Notes: a model not told the origin generated them from the letters alone. Shown: positions 49,825 to 59,495, numbered from the stretch's first letter. The stretch: DNA of 64,000 nucleotides from an uncultured candidate division Zixibacteria bacterium (GCA_963664195.1 OY760907.1:1728001-1792000); one strand, 5' to 3'. Translations and numbers: made by a program.

Positions 49825-52800
49825 TTACGCTACCACCTGCGTCTCAAGTTCTTTCACCGCCGGTTCCAGGGCCTCCGCGCCGCTTTTCTTACCGGTCGTG
49901 AGCCGGTTCCACAGTACTCGTATCTCGCTGAAAGCCACCACCAGAGCCGGCAATACCAACAACAGAATCAAAGTACCGAACATGAGGCCGTAGGCCACTG
50001 ATACCGCCATCGGAATAAGGAACTGTGCCTGGCGGCTGGTCTCCATAATCAGCGGCGCCAACCCCAGCGAGGTCGTCAGCGTAGTCAGCAGAATCGGTCT
50101 GAACCTTGCGACCCCCGAGTTGAAAGCAGCATCCTTTATCGACTGCCCCTCACGCAGGAATCGGTTCACTTGATCGACAAACACAATACTGTCGTTGATG
50201 ATAATGCCCGACAGCGCGATTATGCCAATCAGCGAAAGCATGTTCAACTGCATGCCGTGAATGCCGTGGCCCCAGACGGCCCCGAGTATGCCCAGAGGAA
50301 TTAACGAAAAAATCATCAGGGCCTGTCCGTAAGAGCGGAACACCAGGATCACCAGCACCAACATCCCCAACAAGGCGACCGGGAACGCTAGCTTGATTGA
50401 ATCGGTCATCTTCTTCTGCTGACGAGACTGCCCCTCGAACGAGGCCTTTACCCCCTGCACCTGTCCCATCACACGTGGAAGCACCTCGGTTTCGATTGCG
50501 TCCAGAATCGGAGGGAGATCCTCATCAGCGTCGGTCTGGTTGGCCTCCACTTTGATCTCTCTCTTGCGATCAAGGTGGCTGATTTTGGTTACACCACGCT
50601 TGATATTATACGACGCGATTTCGCTGAACGGGTACTCGTCCCCGGAGGCGGTACGAATACGCATTTCATCGAGCGAACCCAGGGCCGCGCGATCTTCATC
50701 GGCATACCTGACCCACACCCGTATCTCGTCACGGCCACGTTGAATACGCTGGATCTCCTGACCGTAGAATCCCTGTCGCACCTGACCCGCAACTTCCTGC
50801 AGCGTGAGGCCCAGAGCGTACGCTCTGGGTTTGAGCGTGATGTTTACTTCGCGGCGTCCTTCCCGGTCAGAATCGGTAACGTCCTTCAGCGAGCTGAAAT
50901 TCTCAAGCTCCGCCTTGAGCAGGTTCCGCGCCTTGTCCATTTGCTCAAAATCGTTTCCGAGCAGACTGACCGACACCGGTTTTCCCCAGTGACCGCCGCT
51001 GCTGAAACTGATGTTCTGTGCTTCAGGAACCTCGCCTACCTTCGCCCGGATTCGATTACCGATGGCATAGCTCTCCATGTTGCGAATCTCACCCTCAAGC
51101 AATTCGACCGTCAAGGCACCCGAGTGACTTCCCGATTCGCCGAAACTGTTGCTGCCGATATTGCGACGAATACCAGTAATGACATCGCGGCCATCGGCAC
51201 GTTCTTCTTTCAACTCCTCATTCACCTGCCAGCAGGCCTGCTCGATTCTGGCCAGCAACGAATCGGTTTCTGCCTCCTGGCTGCCGGAAGTGAGCGTGAG
51301 GTTGATCGGCACCGTGTCACCGTCCACATCCGGGAAGAACGTCACACCGATCAAACCGCCCCCGATCAAACCGTAAGTCAGAAGCAACAGGGCCGCCGGA
51401 ATAACCATAGTGATCCACTTGTGACGTATAGTCGACCTCAACAGAGGTGCGTACACTCGGTGCGTCATGTACTTGATGATCTTCTCACATTGTTGACGCA
51501 TGAGCGAAATCTTCTGGTCTTTCCTCAATCCTTTTGAGTGCGCCAGATGCGATGGCAAAATCAGGAATGCTTCGATTAAGGAAAACACCAGCGAAGCAAT
51601 CACCACCAGGGCCATCTGCCATATCATAATTCCCAGCCGACCGTCGAGGAAGAAAAACGCCGTGAAAATGATCACCGTGGTCATCACCGAGGTCATCACC
51701 GGGGTTGCCACCTCGCGAGTACCGTCGATAGCTGCCTGAAGCGCCGGTTTGCCCCGTTCGTAGTGGGAGAAAATGTTCTCCCCGACCACAATGCCGTCAT
51801 CGACCAGAATACCGATCACGAGAATCATACCAAAAAGGGACATGACATTGATAGTGATGCCAACAAACGAGGCGATTACAAACATGCCGGCAAACGCAAA
51901 CGGAATGCTCAATGCAACCCAGAAAGACAGCCGCAGGTTCAGGAAGAACCCCAGCGCCAGCACAACCAGAACCAGACCTATCAGCCCGTTTTTGATGAGG
52001 AGTTCCATGCGCTCTTTGAGCGGTACGGTGGCGTCACTCGTGACCGTTCCCTGTACCGTAGTGTTCTGCTCGTTGAATTCCGCCAGTTTTTCTTTGGCGA
52101 CCTTGGCGATTGCCAGAAGATCCTCTTCCTCGGTTTGCACTAACTCCAGGGCGAGAGAAACCTCGCCGTTGTAGTACTGTTTGTTGGGCGTGTCCTCCCA
52201 CTGCTCTTTGACCGTGGCCACATCCTTCAGATAGATCACCGTGCCATCGGCGTTGCCGCGAATCGGAACGTCCAGCAGATCTCTTGCAAAATAGTCACGC
52301 CCCCAGGCGCGAATAAGCAGCTCTTCCTCAGCAGTCTCAAACTTGCCGCCTGAGATGTTGACGTTTGCTCTCTGGACCGCAGCCGCGATTTCGTCGAAAG
52401 ACAGCGAGTACCGTCGAAGATCCGACTCGGAGACCTCAATTGAGAACTCCAGGTCTGGCAATCCAAGTATGTTCACCTGCGAGATTTCCGGCGAAGTCAG
52501 CAGCTCGTCGCGAAGGTTCTCGGCAATATATTTGAGATTGTACAGGTCGGTGCTGCCGTGGAGCATGATGATGAGCGTCCGGGCGCGGAACTTCTCCTCG
52601 TAGACAACCGGCTTCTCGGCGCCCACCGGGAACGAGTTGATGCGATCTATGGCGTTCTTGACATCAGTCAGCACCTTGTCAATGTCCGAACCCTGAGTCG
52701 TTTCTATCGTGACGCTGGCGGAGTTCTCCGAGGACACGGAAGTGACGCGCTCCACTCCCTGCAGGCCGTCCAGATTTTCCTCTATCTTCAGCGTCACGCC

Positions 52801-52986
52801 TTCCGCAATTTCATCCGGCGAGGCACCCGGGTAGGCAACCTGGACCGTGATTGTATCCGGCTCGGCTTCAGGGAAGAAGGAATACCGCAGCTGCCCCACG
52901 GAAATCATGCCGTATATAAACGTGCTGAACAGGAGCACGCTGACCCAGACCGGGTACCTTATCAGAAATGCGATTATCTTATTCAT
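49825..52986 (-). CDS. RND efflux permease (AcrB family)
   Basis: YPGASP, GILVDDGIVVGENI, RFRPILLTTLTT. Confidence 0.95.
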   Translation of the reverse strand: MNKIIAFLIRYPVWVSVLLFSTFIYGMISVGQLRYSFFPEAEPDTITVQVAYPGASPDEIAEGVTLKIEENLDGLQGVERVTSVSSENSASVTIETTQGSDIDKVLTDVKNAIDRINSFPVGAEKPVVYEEKFRARTLIIMLHGSTDLYNLKYIAENLRDELLTSPEISQVNILGLPDLEFSIEVSESDLRRYSLSFDEIAAAVQRANVNISGGKFETAEEELLIRAWGRDYFARDLLDVPIRGNADGTVIYLKDVATVKEQWEDTPNKQYYNGEVSLALELVQTEEEDLLAIAKVAKEKLAEFNEQNTTVQGTVTSDATVPLKERMELLIKNGLIGLVLVVLALGFFLNLRLSFWVALSIPFAFAGMFVIASFVGITINVMSLFGMILVIGILVDDGIVVGENIFSHYERGKPALQAAIDGTREVATPVMTSVMTTVIIFTAFFFLDGRLGIMIWQMALVVIASLVFSLIEAFLILPSHLAHSKGLRKDQKISLMRQQCEKIIKYMTHRVYAPLLRSTIRHKWITMVIPAALLLLTYGLIGGGLIGVTFFPDVDGDTVPINLTLTSGSQEAETDSLLARIEQACWQVNEELKEERADGRDVITGIRRNIGSNSFGESGSHSGALTVELLEGEIRNMESYAIGNRIRAKVGEVPEAQNISFSSGGHWGKPVSVSLLGNDFEQMDKARNLLKAELENFSSLKDVTDSDREGRREVNITLKPRAYALGLTLQEVAGQVRQGFYGQEIQRIQRGRDEIRVWVRYADEDRAALGSLDEMRIRTASGDEYPFSEIASYNIKRGVTKISHLDRKREIKVEANQTDADEDLPPILDAIETEVLPRVMGQVQGVKASFEGQSRQQKKMTDSIKLAFPVALLGMLVLVILVFRSYGQALMIFSLIPLGILGAVWGHGIHGMQLNMLSLIGIIALSGIIINDSIVFVDQVNRFLREGQSIKDAAFNSGVARFRPILLTTLTTSLGLAPLIMETSRQAQFLIPMAVSVAYGLMFGTLILLLVLPALVVAFSEIRVLWNRLTTGKKSGAEALEPAVKELETQVVA

Positions 52987-54134
52987 CAGTTGCTCTGCCC
53001 TCCGACCTGTGCAAGTCTGGCAATTGCCGGCATCCCCGGGCCAACCCCCTGTAGCGGCTCCATCACCAACGTGTCACCCTCGGCAATACCGCCGTCAACA
53101 ATCACCGTCTCCGTCTCGAAACGTGCGATCGACACTTCGCGGTACTCCAACTTGCCGTTCACGATCAGATAGACGAAGTTGTCTTCATAAAGCGCCCGCC
53201 GAGGTACCGCGATGCCGGTCTCGACTGATTGACCGGGAATGTGCGCCTCAAGGAACACGCCGTTAAGCAGAGCGATCTGACCAACGTTATCGACATCCAT
53301 GAAGACTTTCACCGTCTGCGTGCGGCTGTCAATATCACTGCCGATCCGCTTCACCTCGCCTGACCACGCGCCGGTCAACTCCGCCGAAGTGAATGTCACC
53401 CGGGTGCCGCGACGGATCCAGTCGACATCGCCGATCTGCACCGGTACGGAAACCTCGAGTTCTTCCAGATTGATAATCTGCCCAAGGTGCGTGCCCGCTC
53501 GCGCGGTCGACCCGGCCCGCAACGAGGCCGTAACAATTGAACCATCAAAAGGCGCGTAGAAATAATGCTTCTCAAGACGGATCTCCAGATCCTGTACCGC
53601 AAAATACAACTTGTAAACATTGAACCGGGAAAGGAACAGCTTGATCTTCGGATTGTCGGTCTCCGGAAGGTCGGTTAACTTGCGCCCGAACCCACAGGAA
53701 TCGAAATACTCCTGCCACACCGGAAACTCGTCCGGAAAGTCCAACTTGATCTCCGGAAGAACTGTCGCCAGCGCCGTCAATAGATCGCTCTTGGTGCTGT
53801 TCAGATCAAGTATCGCCTGCCGGTCATCGACACGAAGCAGCAGATCGCCCCTCTTGAACGACTGCGCCGGCTTAAACGGGATGTCGCCTTCCAGAATCGT
53901 CCCCTCGACTTCGCTGTAAAGCTCCACCGGCTGGGCACTCGTCACTCGACCGTAGGCAACAATGCTGGCTGGCACGGTCGACAGGTGGACAACTTCCGCT
54001 TCAACGCTCTTGGCACTTACCTCCGGTGCCTTTCGTGGAGGAGCGCTCTTCATGCTAAGCAAGCCGATCATCGCAAATGTGCCGACAGCCAGAACTCCGA
54101 CTGAAATGATTATCGTGGTGGAACGTTTCATCAA
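52986..54134 (-). CDS. RND efflux periplasmic adaptor
   Basis: N-terminal TM, APFDG, IDSRTQTV, VPRRAL. Confidence 0.92.
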   Translation of the reverse strand: MMKRSTTIIISVGVLAVGTFAMIGLLSMKSAPPRKAPEVSAKSVEAEVVHLSTVPASIVAYGRVTSAQPVELYSEVEGTILEGDIPFKPAQSFKRGDLLLRVDDRQAILDLNSTKSDLLTALATVLPEIKLDFPDEFPVWQEYFDSCGFGRKLTDLPETDNPKIKLFLSRFNVYKLYFAVQDLEIRLEKHYFYAPFDGSIVTASLRAGSTARAGTHLGQIINLEELEVSVPVQIGDVDWIRRGTRVTFTSAELTGAWSGEVKRIGSDIDSRTQTVKVFMDVDNVGQIALLNGVFLEAHIPGQSVETGIAVPRRALYEDNFVYLIVNGKLEYREVSIARFETETVIVDGGIAEGDTLVMEPLQGVGPGMPAIARLAQVGGQSN

Positions 54135-54277
54135 GTAACCTTTCTTATCTCAATACCGCACACCTGCGGGAGTCGAATATCCTTCTGAGTAATACAATAC
54201 TTCTCACTGGACTGTTCTCTGCCATCTACAATTCCCGCGACTCTTATGAGGCCTGTAACACTCGTGCCTGCAAGACA

Positions 54278-54310
54278 GTTGTGCCTTTGACAGTTGTTAG
54301 CGCAACTATA
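54278..54310. promoter_or_regulatory. Tandem candidate MarR operator upstream of the RND operon
   Basis: GTTG-tgcctt-TGAC, a, GTTG-ttagcg-CAAC-tata. Confidence 0.5.
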
Positions 54311-54333
54311 TTCCCGGATAATTCGGATTCGGC

Positions 54334-54777
54334 CTACTCGCCCATGTTTTCTCTCACTCTGCGGAGAACATCCTGACATATCGCAACCTCTTCCGAGTCG
54401 ATCCCGTTCAGGGCCGTATCGTGTATCTTCTGAAATACGACCAACAACGATTCGCAGAGCTGTTTGCCCTCGTTGGTAGCATAGATCATGTTCTGGCGAC
54501 GGTCTTCCTTTGAGGTCACCCGGAGCACCAGATTACGCTTCTCAAGAACATCTAACCACCTGGTAGTACTTGTCTTATCTCTCCCCAGAAAATCGGAGAT
54601 CATCTGTTGGTTGCTGCCGTCATGATGCCATAGATTGACCAGGACAATCGCCTGCTCAGCGCTCAGCTTGTGGCCGGCCCTGCCCAGTTCATGCCGAAGA
54701 CGATCCCGGATGCATTTGGCTGTGAAACCCACATGTTTGCCGAAAAATTCCTGATAGTCGCTTCTCTGTTCACCCAT
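54334..54777 (-). CDS. MarR-family transcriptional regulator
   Basis: LSAEQAIVL, DKTSTTRWLDVLEKRNLV.R....DRR...IYATNEG. Confidence 0.92.
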   Translation of the reverse strand: MGEQRSDYQEFFGKHVGFTAKCIRDRLRHELGRAGHKLSAEQAIVLVNLWHHDGSNQQMISDFLGRDKTSTTRWLDVLEKRNLVLRVTSKEDRRQNMIYATNEGKQLCESLLVVFQKIHDTALNGIDSEEVAICQDVLRRVRENMGE

Positions 54778-54803
54778 TACTGAACTCCGAAAATCCTAGC
54801 ATC

Positions 54804-54853
54804 GTTGCAATTATCAACGGTTGCAAATGTAACTATAGCTCGGTTTTTGTCAA
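54804..54853 (-). promoter_or_regulatory. sigma70 promoter of marR overlapped by tandem operator palindromes
   Basis: Minus strand TTGACA-N16-TACATT; GTTG-caattat-CAAC and GTTG-caaatg-TAAC-tata overlap -10/+1. Confidence 0.6.
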
Positions 54854-54919
54854 GCGTCATTTAGACATCAGGGAGTATCATTTTGTTCCGCCGGGGTGAT
54901 TGAGCCGAGTGGAATGATA

Positions 54920-54949
54920 AGGGCAGGACCGGCTAACCGGTCCTGCCCT
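54920..54949 (-). terminator. Hairpin/terminator after the cytochrome operon
   Basis: agggcaggaccgg-ctaa-ccggtcctgccct 13-bp stem; weak U-tract. Confidence 0.65.
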
Positions 54950-54990
54950 AAGAGCTTGCTGGAGTTTTTGTGCAATTCGAAAAGAGCGGC

Positions 54991-56496
54991 TTATTCCTTC
55001 ACGTAGTCCAGGAATTCGTCCCGAAGATACTTGTGCATCAGATAATCCCGCGACGACGTATCCGCTGGCTGCAAATACTCAAACGGCGTTTCGCTGTCAG
55101 ACGCCAGAATCGAATGACACAACGAGCAATCACTCGATATCGCCGTCCCACCTTCATCGACAAGATTCTGATTGTGACAGCGGAAACAGCCCTGATTCCC
55201 CACATGCCCGATATGACTCCGATACGTTCCCCAGGTGATGTTCATCTCCGGATGGACATTCCGGTTGTACACATTCTGCACAACAGCAACGGCCGAATCA
55301 ATTGCGCTTTGTTTCCCCAGGCTCACTTCTGCGAAGTGCTGTCGATAGAACTCGCCAAGGTGATAGGCGATTCCTTCCATCGCGGCATCACGGGTCGGGT
55401 AGTCCGCCATGACCGCAGCCAACGCCTCACGCTTGATAAACGGCAACGACCGATCTATCAACCCCTGCCTGATCCGCGTGTCAATTGCCACCTGCGGATT
55501 TTCGTAGACGTGCGTTGCGCGGTTGTGACAATCAACACAGTCCATTGTACGAGAGCTTGCTTCGGCCGCGGCCACGGAGGTCGCACGGCGATTCGTGAAT
55601 CGCTTGAAGCTGCCGTCTGGCAGAAGTGCCTCGACCCAGATCATCTCGCGGCGTTCGTCGTTGACCGACACATACCGAACTTGATTCTCTTTGGCGATAT
55701 GCCAGTGAATACCCCCCGCGGGTCCCTCCTCACCGCTCCACTCGCCAGCATCAACTTTCAGATTCAGATTGGTGTAGCGCGGGGTCGAGGCCGAGTCCTT
55801 TTCATAATGCACGATTGTCTTCAGCCGACTGCCATAGAACTTCTCCGGCCAGTGACACTTCTCGCAGGTTTCTCGCGCCGGTCGGAGCTGACGCACCGGC
55901 GTAGGGATCGGTCGCTCCAACAGGTCAAACGTCACGGACACCATTTGCCAGATGCCGTTTAACTTACTGTCAAGAAGCGCTCCGGCACCTTCGCCGACAT
56001 GACACTCGACACATTTCACGCGGGCATGCGAGGACTGTTGATACGTCACCCACTCGGGATTCATCACCGAATGACAGGCCGTGCCGCAGAATTCTGCCTC
56101 GTCCATGAAGCTCAACATCCGCGAACTCGCAGCACTCAGGAATAGTACGTTAAGCAGAGTGAGGGCCAGGATCGACATAGCGAATTTCGATCCCAGAAAA
56201 CCGCCCTTTGTCTGCTCCTCGCCGAACCGGCTGTCGATAAGCTCACGCGTACTCTTGCCGGTCTGTTTTTTGAGCCGCCGCCAGCCGATCGGGATGAGAA
56301 TCAACCCGAGCATAAACAACGAGGGAAACAGAAGGTACGTTATCAGTCCGACATAAGCGTTCTCAAGAATCCCCGTCAATCGAGCCAGCTCGAAAAACAC
56401 AAATGTGACAAACGAGGAGGTCACCAGCGCGACCCCCAGTTTTCCTATCGGATCAGCCGAGGCTCCGCGTACGAAATCGAAGTACTTCTTCAGCAC
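54991..56496 (-). CDS. Membrane-anchored NapC/NirT-family multiheme cytochrome c (6 heme motifs)
   Basis: 3 N-terminal TM segments; CGTACH, CVECH, CEKCH, CVDCH, CFRCH, CSLCH; GTG start with taggag RBS overlapping the upstream stop. Confidence 0.88.
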   Translation of the reverse strand: MLKKYFDFVRGASADPIGKLGVALVTSSFVTFVFFELARLTGILENAYVGLITYLLFPSLFMLGLILIPIGWRRLKKQTGKSTRELIDSRFGEEQTKGGFLGSKFAMSILALTLLNVLFLSAASSRMLSFMDEAEFCGTACHSVMNPEWVTYQQSSHARVKCVECHVGEGAGALLDSKLNGIWQMVSVTFDLLERPIPTPVRQLRPARETCEKCHWPEKFYGSRLKTIVHYEKDSASTPRYTNLNLKVDAGEWSGEEGPAGGIHWHIAKENQVRYVSVNDERREMIWVEALLPDGSFKRFTNRRATSVAAAEASSRTMDCVDCHNRATHVYENPQVAIDTRIRQGLIDRSLPFIKREALAAVMADYPTRDAAMEGIAYHLGEFYRQHFAEVSLGKQSAIDSAVAVVQNVYNRNVHPEMNITWGTYRSHIGHVGNQGCFRCHNQNLVDEGGTAISSDCSLCHSILASDSETPFEYLQPADTSSRDYLMHKYLRDEFLDYVKE

Positions 56497-56505
56497 GGGG
56501 CACTC

Positions 56506-57834
56506 CTATTCCGTTTTGAACAGTCTCTCGTACACCTTTTGCATATCACCGCTGCGGATACCCTCTTTGAGCTTGCCCGTCTCTTTGTGGAGCCAGGTAT
56601 GCATCGGGTCATTCTGCAGCAGGTCATCGATATACGCGTCAAGCTCTGCATTGTGGAACTCCCGCGCTTCTGGAATCATCTTGAAATAGAAATGCTGAGC
56701 AACCTCATAAATGCCATGCCACCAGGTGTAGTCCGGTCCCATCATGGCTGCGCCGTGACGGGCACGACGTCCCTCATGATGCCACAGTTCCCAGTACGTC
56801 CACTCGATCTTGTTGGAGAAGGAGGCCGGGTTTTCCAGCAGTTTGTTGTCGCGGATGATCTTCATCATCGCCGTGGCCGGCTTGGCAAACTTTTCGCCAT
56901 ACAGCCCCACCATTGCGTCCAGCTGGTAATAATGCCCGTCGGCAAACGACTGACCGTGGCAGTTCACACAAACCTTTACCATGTTTGCCCGTTTGACTTC
57001 CCAGTTGTCTTTCTTCTTTGAAACCGGCGGACGAAGTGTCCAGCTAATACGCTGACCGACATCGTGCGTGTTAGCCATCTCACTGGTAGCGGACATGTGA
57101 CAGGTCGCGCAGGTAGGGGCAGCGAAATAGTCTACACCCGCTATCCAGAGATCAGACTCCAGATTCATCTTCTCTTTGTTCGTGTAATAGGCGTTACCGT
57201 GTTTGGATTCCTCGTACACTTCTCTCTGCGGATGATCCGGTCCCAGGTGACACTTTGAGCAGGCCTCCGGCTGACGAGCCTGGCTCTTGGAGAACGCGTG
57301 CCGCGTGTGACAGGCGTTGCAGGAGCCTTTCGAGCCGTCGGGGTTCAGCCGTCCGATCCCGGAGTTCGGCCAGCTCTTCTTCGACAGCATGTTCGGAGAG
57401 TTCGGGTCTATCTGCACTTTGCCGCCGTGACAGCTTTCGCATCCCATAATCGCCACTGGTTCGCCACCGGCAACGTGCGCGAGGTACGCATCCTGGGAGT
57501 CCAGAATCTCACCCGCGTGCGCATGGTACGAAGCCTGGACTTCAGTCGCTTCCTTCTCGTGGCACCGACCGCAATCCTTGGGTGTCACCAGCGTGGCGAT
57601 CAAGCCCCCCTCGTGCATGAATGCATCGGCGTCACCCTTGTCAGCCTTGTGACAATCATAACACGTCACCTTGTGTGCAGCGTGACCAGACTGGTACCAC
57701 TGACGGTACAGCCCCGGAGATTTCTCTTTGTGGCAGGTCATGCACTTGCCTGCGACTTCAGGACTGTCTGTTGCGAAGGCCATGCTCCCCATAAGCATCG
57801 CGCTCGCGATTACGACCAAAAGGACTGTCTTCAT
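56506..57834 (-). CDS. Octaheme hydroxylamine oxidoreductase (HAO)-family cytochrome c
   Basis: Signal peptide; 8 CxxCH (CMTCH, CYDCH, CGRCH, CESCH, CNACH, CSKCH, CATCH, CVNCH); CHLGPDHPQ, ESKHG, WHHEGRRARHGAAMMGPDYTWWHG; start could be 57864. Confidence 0.9.
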   Translation of the reverse strand: MKTVLLVVIASAMLMGSMAFATDSPEVAGKCMTCHKEKSPGLYRQWYQSGHAAHKVTCYDCHKADKGDADAFMHEGGLIATLVTPKDCGRCHEKEATEVQASYHAHAGEILDSQDAYLAHVAGGEPVAIMGCESCHGGKVQIDPNSPNMLSKKSWPNSGIGRLNPDGSKGSCNACHTRHAFSKSQARQPEACSKCHLGPDHPQREVYEESKHGNAYYTNKEKMNLESDLWIAGVDYFAAPTCATCHMSATSEMANTHDVGQRISWTLRPPVSKKKDNWEVKRANMVKVCVNCHGQSFADGHYYQLDAMVGLYGEKFAKPATAMMKIIRDNKLLENPASFSNKIEWTYWELWHHEGRRARHGAAMMGPDYTWWHGIYEVAQHFYFKMIPEAREFHNAELDAYIDDLLQNDPMHTWLHKETGKLKEGIRSGDMQKVYERLFKTE

Positions 57835-57891
57835 AACAATACCCCACATATGATGGGCTTCCACCCTTAACTTGATATTCTGTCTTGCACC

Positions 57892-58056
57892 GTAGGTCGC
57901 AACTCAGCGCGGCGAACCGCCTGCAGTTTCGACATCAGTGGAATTCAAAAAACCCGCAATCAACATCGAGTAAACTCGTTGGTCGAAACTGATGCAACCG
58001 TGTTGCCACGCAGTTTCGACAGGAATCCTGTCAAAACCACAGGGGTTTTGACCTAC
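57892..58056. repeat. Cluster of three REP-like elements
   Basis: gtaggtcgcaact..agtttcgac (57892-933); gttggtcgaaact..agtttcgac (57978-58020); inverted copy gtcaaaacc-acagg-ggttttgac-ctac (58030-56). Confidence 0.75.
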
Positions 58057-59324
58057 TAGAAATCTGCAATAAACATCGAGTAGGCCCAGAACCCGGCCTC
58101 CTTGTCATCCGTCCCCGCATAGGCCTCAGAGGGCAGGAACATAGACGCGCCGTATGCCATCTTCACGCCCTTGACCGAGGTTGTCGTAACTCCAAGGTCA
58201 AACTCAAGCCCCAATCCCTTGTCACCCTCGGCGTTTATTTCCTGCGCCGCTGAGAAACGATGCATGTCCAGATTGACCAGCCAATCGGTGAACGGGCTGT
58301 ATCTGAAACGAGCCATCAGATCCATCAAACCGTTGTCGTCGGAGTCGATGAAGTAATCCATGTACCCGCGGAACTTGTGCCCGGTATAATACAGATTGTC
58401 ATAAGCTTTGTACTTGTCGTCGTTCGGATCACTGTCACCGGAGGCAAAGTCGATTCCGGCAGCAATACGTCCCTTCTTATCAGGATTGAACATGTAGCCG
58501 ATTTCGGCCGTAGCAAGGAATGCCGCAATGTCCAGTTCGTCCGCAGTGGCGCCAACTCGCTGCTTGCCGGTCTGGAACACGCCGTTGAATTCCACGTCCG
58601 CCTGCCCGCTGACTCTCTTACCGTGGACACCGAAGCTGAGTCGTTTGAGTGCATCTATATTGGTGTAGACCAGCGACGGAGTGTCGGTGCTGGAGGTGTC
58701 CGCGACTTCGTCAGCATTGTGTTCAAAGAATCCGAAAACCTCGAATCCAAGCTCCCTCAGCGATAGCTGCGCGCCCCAGACATTGAAATCCCGGTTGCCA
58801 TTCGCGTCGTTCAATTCAATACGTTTGAGCGAAAACATGTCGATCCTGAACGACGGCTGATCGATCCAACTCATACCGCCTTCCCACGACCGCCCGACGT
58901 TGTGCCAGCCGACCGCACCGAAAACACGCTGGCTGCCGAGATTCAATTCAAACCGGCCGGCTTTCGCCCCCAGTCCGCTAATCCAGATACGATCCAACTG
59001 CACATAGGCCTGATGAAGATCAACATTTTTGCCATCATTCAGCCCCGCCGAGGCCGGGTCGCCGTCGTACGTGGTGCCTCCGATCATGCGGCTGTCCTGA
59101 AGTTGCACGAACGCATGCATGTTGTCGTCTTTGACGGCTTCAAAGCCTACGCGGGTACGAAGGTAGCTCGCTTCCAGGAACTTGGCCTCCGGACCAAAAC
59201 TCTTCTTGCTGAACTCGCCGCGATAACGGACCTGTCCGTTTATTTTGACTTCCGTGTCGGCCCATGCCGAGAGAGCGAATAGAAAAATCAATGCAATTGT
59301 CATTTTTGTCGTGAATGATCTCAT
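58056..59324 (-). CDS. Alginate-export (AlgE-like) family outer-membrane beta-barrel
   Basis: Signal peptide; GQVRYRGE, LRTRVG, FVQLQDSR, DLHQAY, GSQRVFG..GW; HKFRGYMD; C-terminal Phe. Confidence 0.82.
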   Translation of the reverse strand: MRSFTTKMTIALIFLFALSAWADTEVKINGQVRYRGEFSKKSFGPEAKFLEASYLRTRVGFEAVKDDNMHAFVQLQDSRMIGGTTYDGDPASAGLNDGKNVDLHQAYVQLDRIWISGLGAKAGRFELNLGSQRVFGAVGWHNVGRSWEGGMSWIDQPSFRIDMFSLKRIELNDANGNRDFNVWGAQLSLRELGFEVFGFFEHNADEVADTSSTDTPSLVYTNIDALKRLSFGVHGKRVSGQADVEFNGVFQTGKQRVGATADELDIAAFLATAEIGYMFNPDKKGRIAAGIDFASGDSDPNDDKYKAYDNLYYTGHKFRGYMDYFIDSDDNGLMDLMARFRYSPFTDWLVNLDMHRFSAAQEINAEGDKGLGLEFDLGVTTTSVKGVKMAYGASMFLPSEAYAGTDDKEAGFWAYSMFIADF

Positions 59325-59453
59325 TGTGAGTCCTTTCCCGTATCCGATTGCCGTAGAGTAGAGGCTGTTGTTCATTCGAAGGTATCCTTCCCTTACCGAA
59401 TATTCTCACCCGAGTCCGGGATATCAACTGTTAAAACCAACTCCGCGATGACA

Positions 59454-59495
59454 AATATCGGCATACGGCAGGAGACAAGAATTGACCCAGGTCAA
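59454..59495 (-). promoter_or_regulatory. FNR/DNR-type box with class II promoter geometry
   Basis: Perfect palindrome TTGAC-ccag-GTCAA (59482-95), centred at -41.5 relative to a -10 element GATATT (59459-54). Confidence 0.65.
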
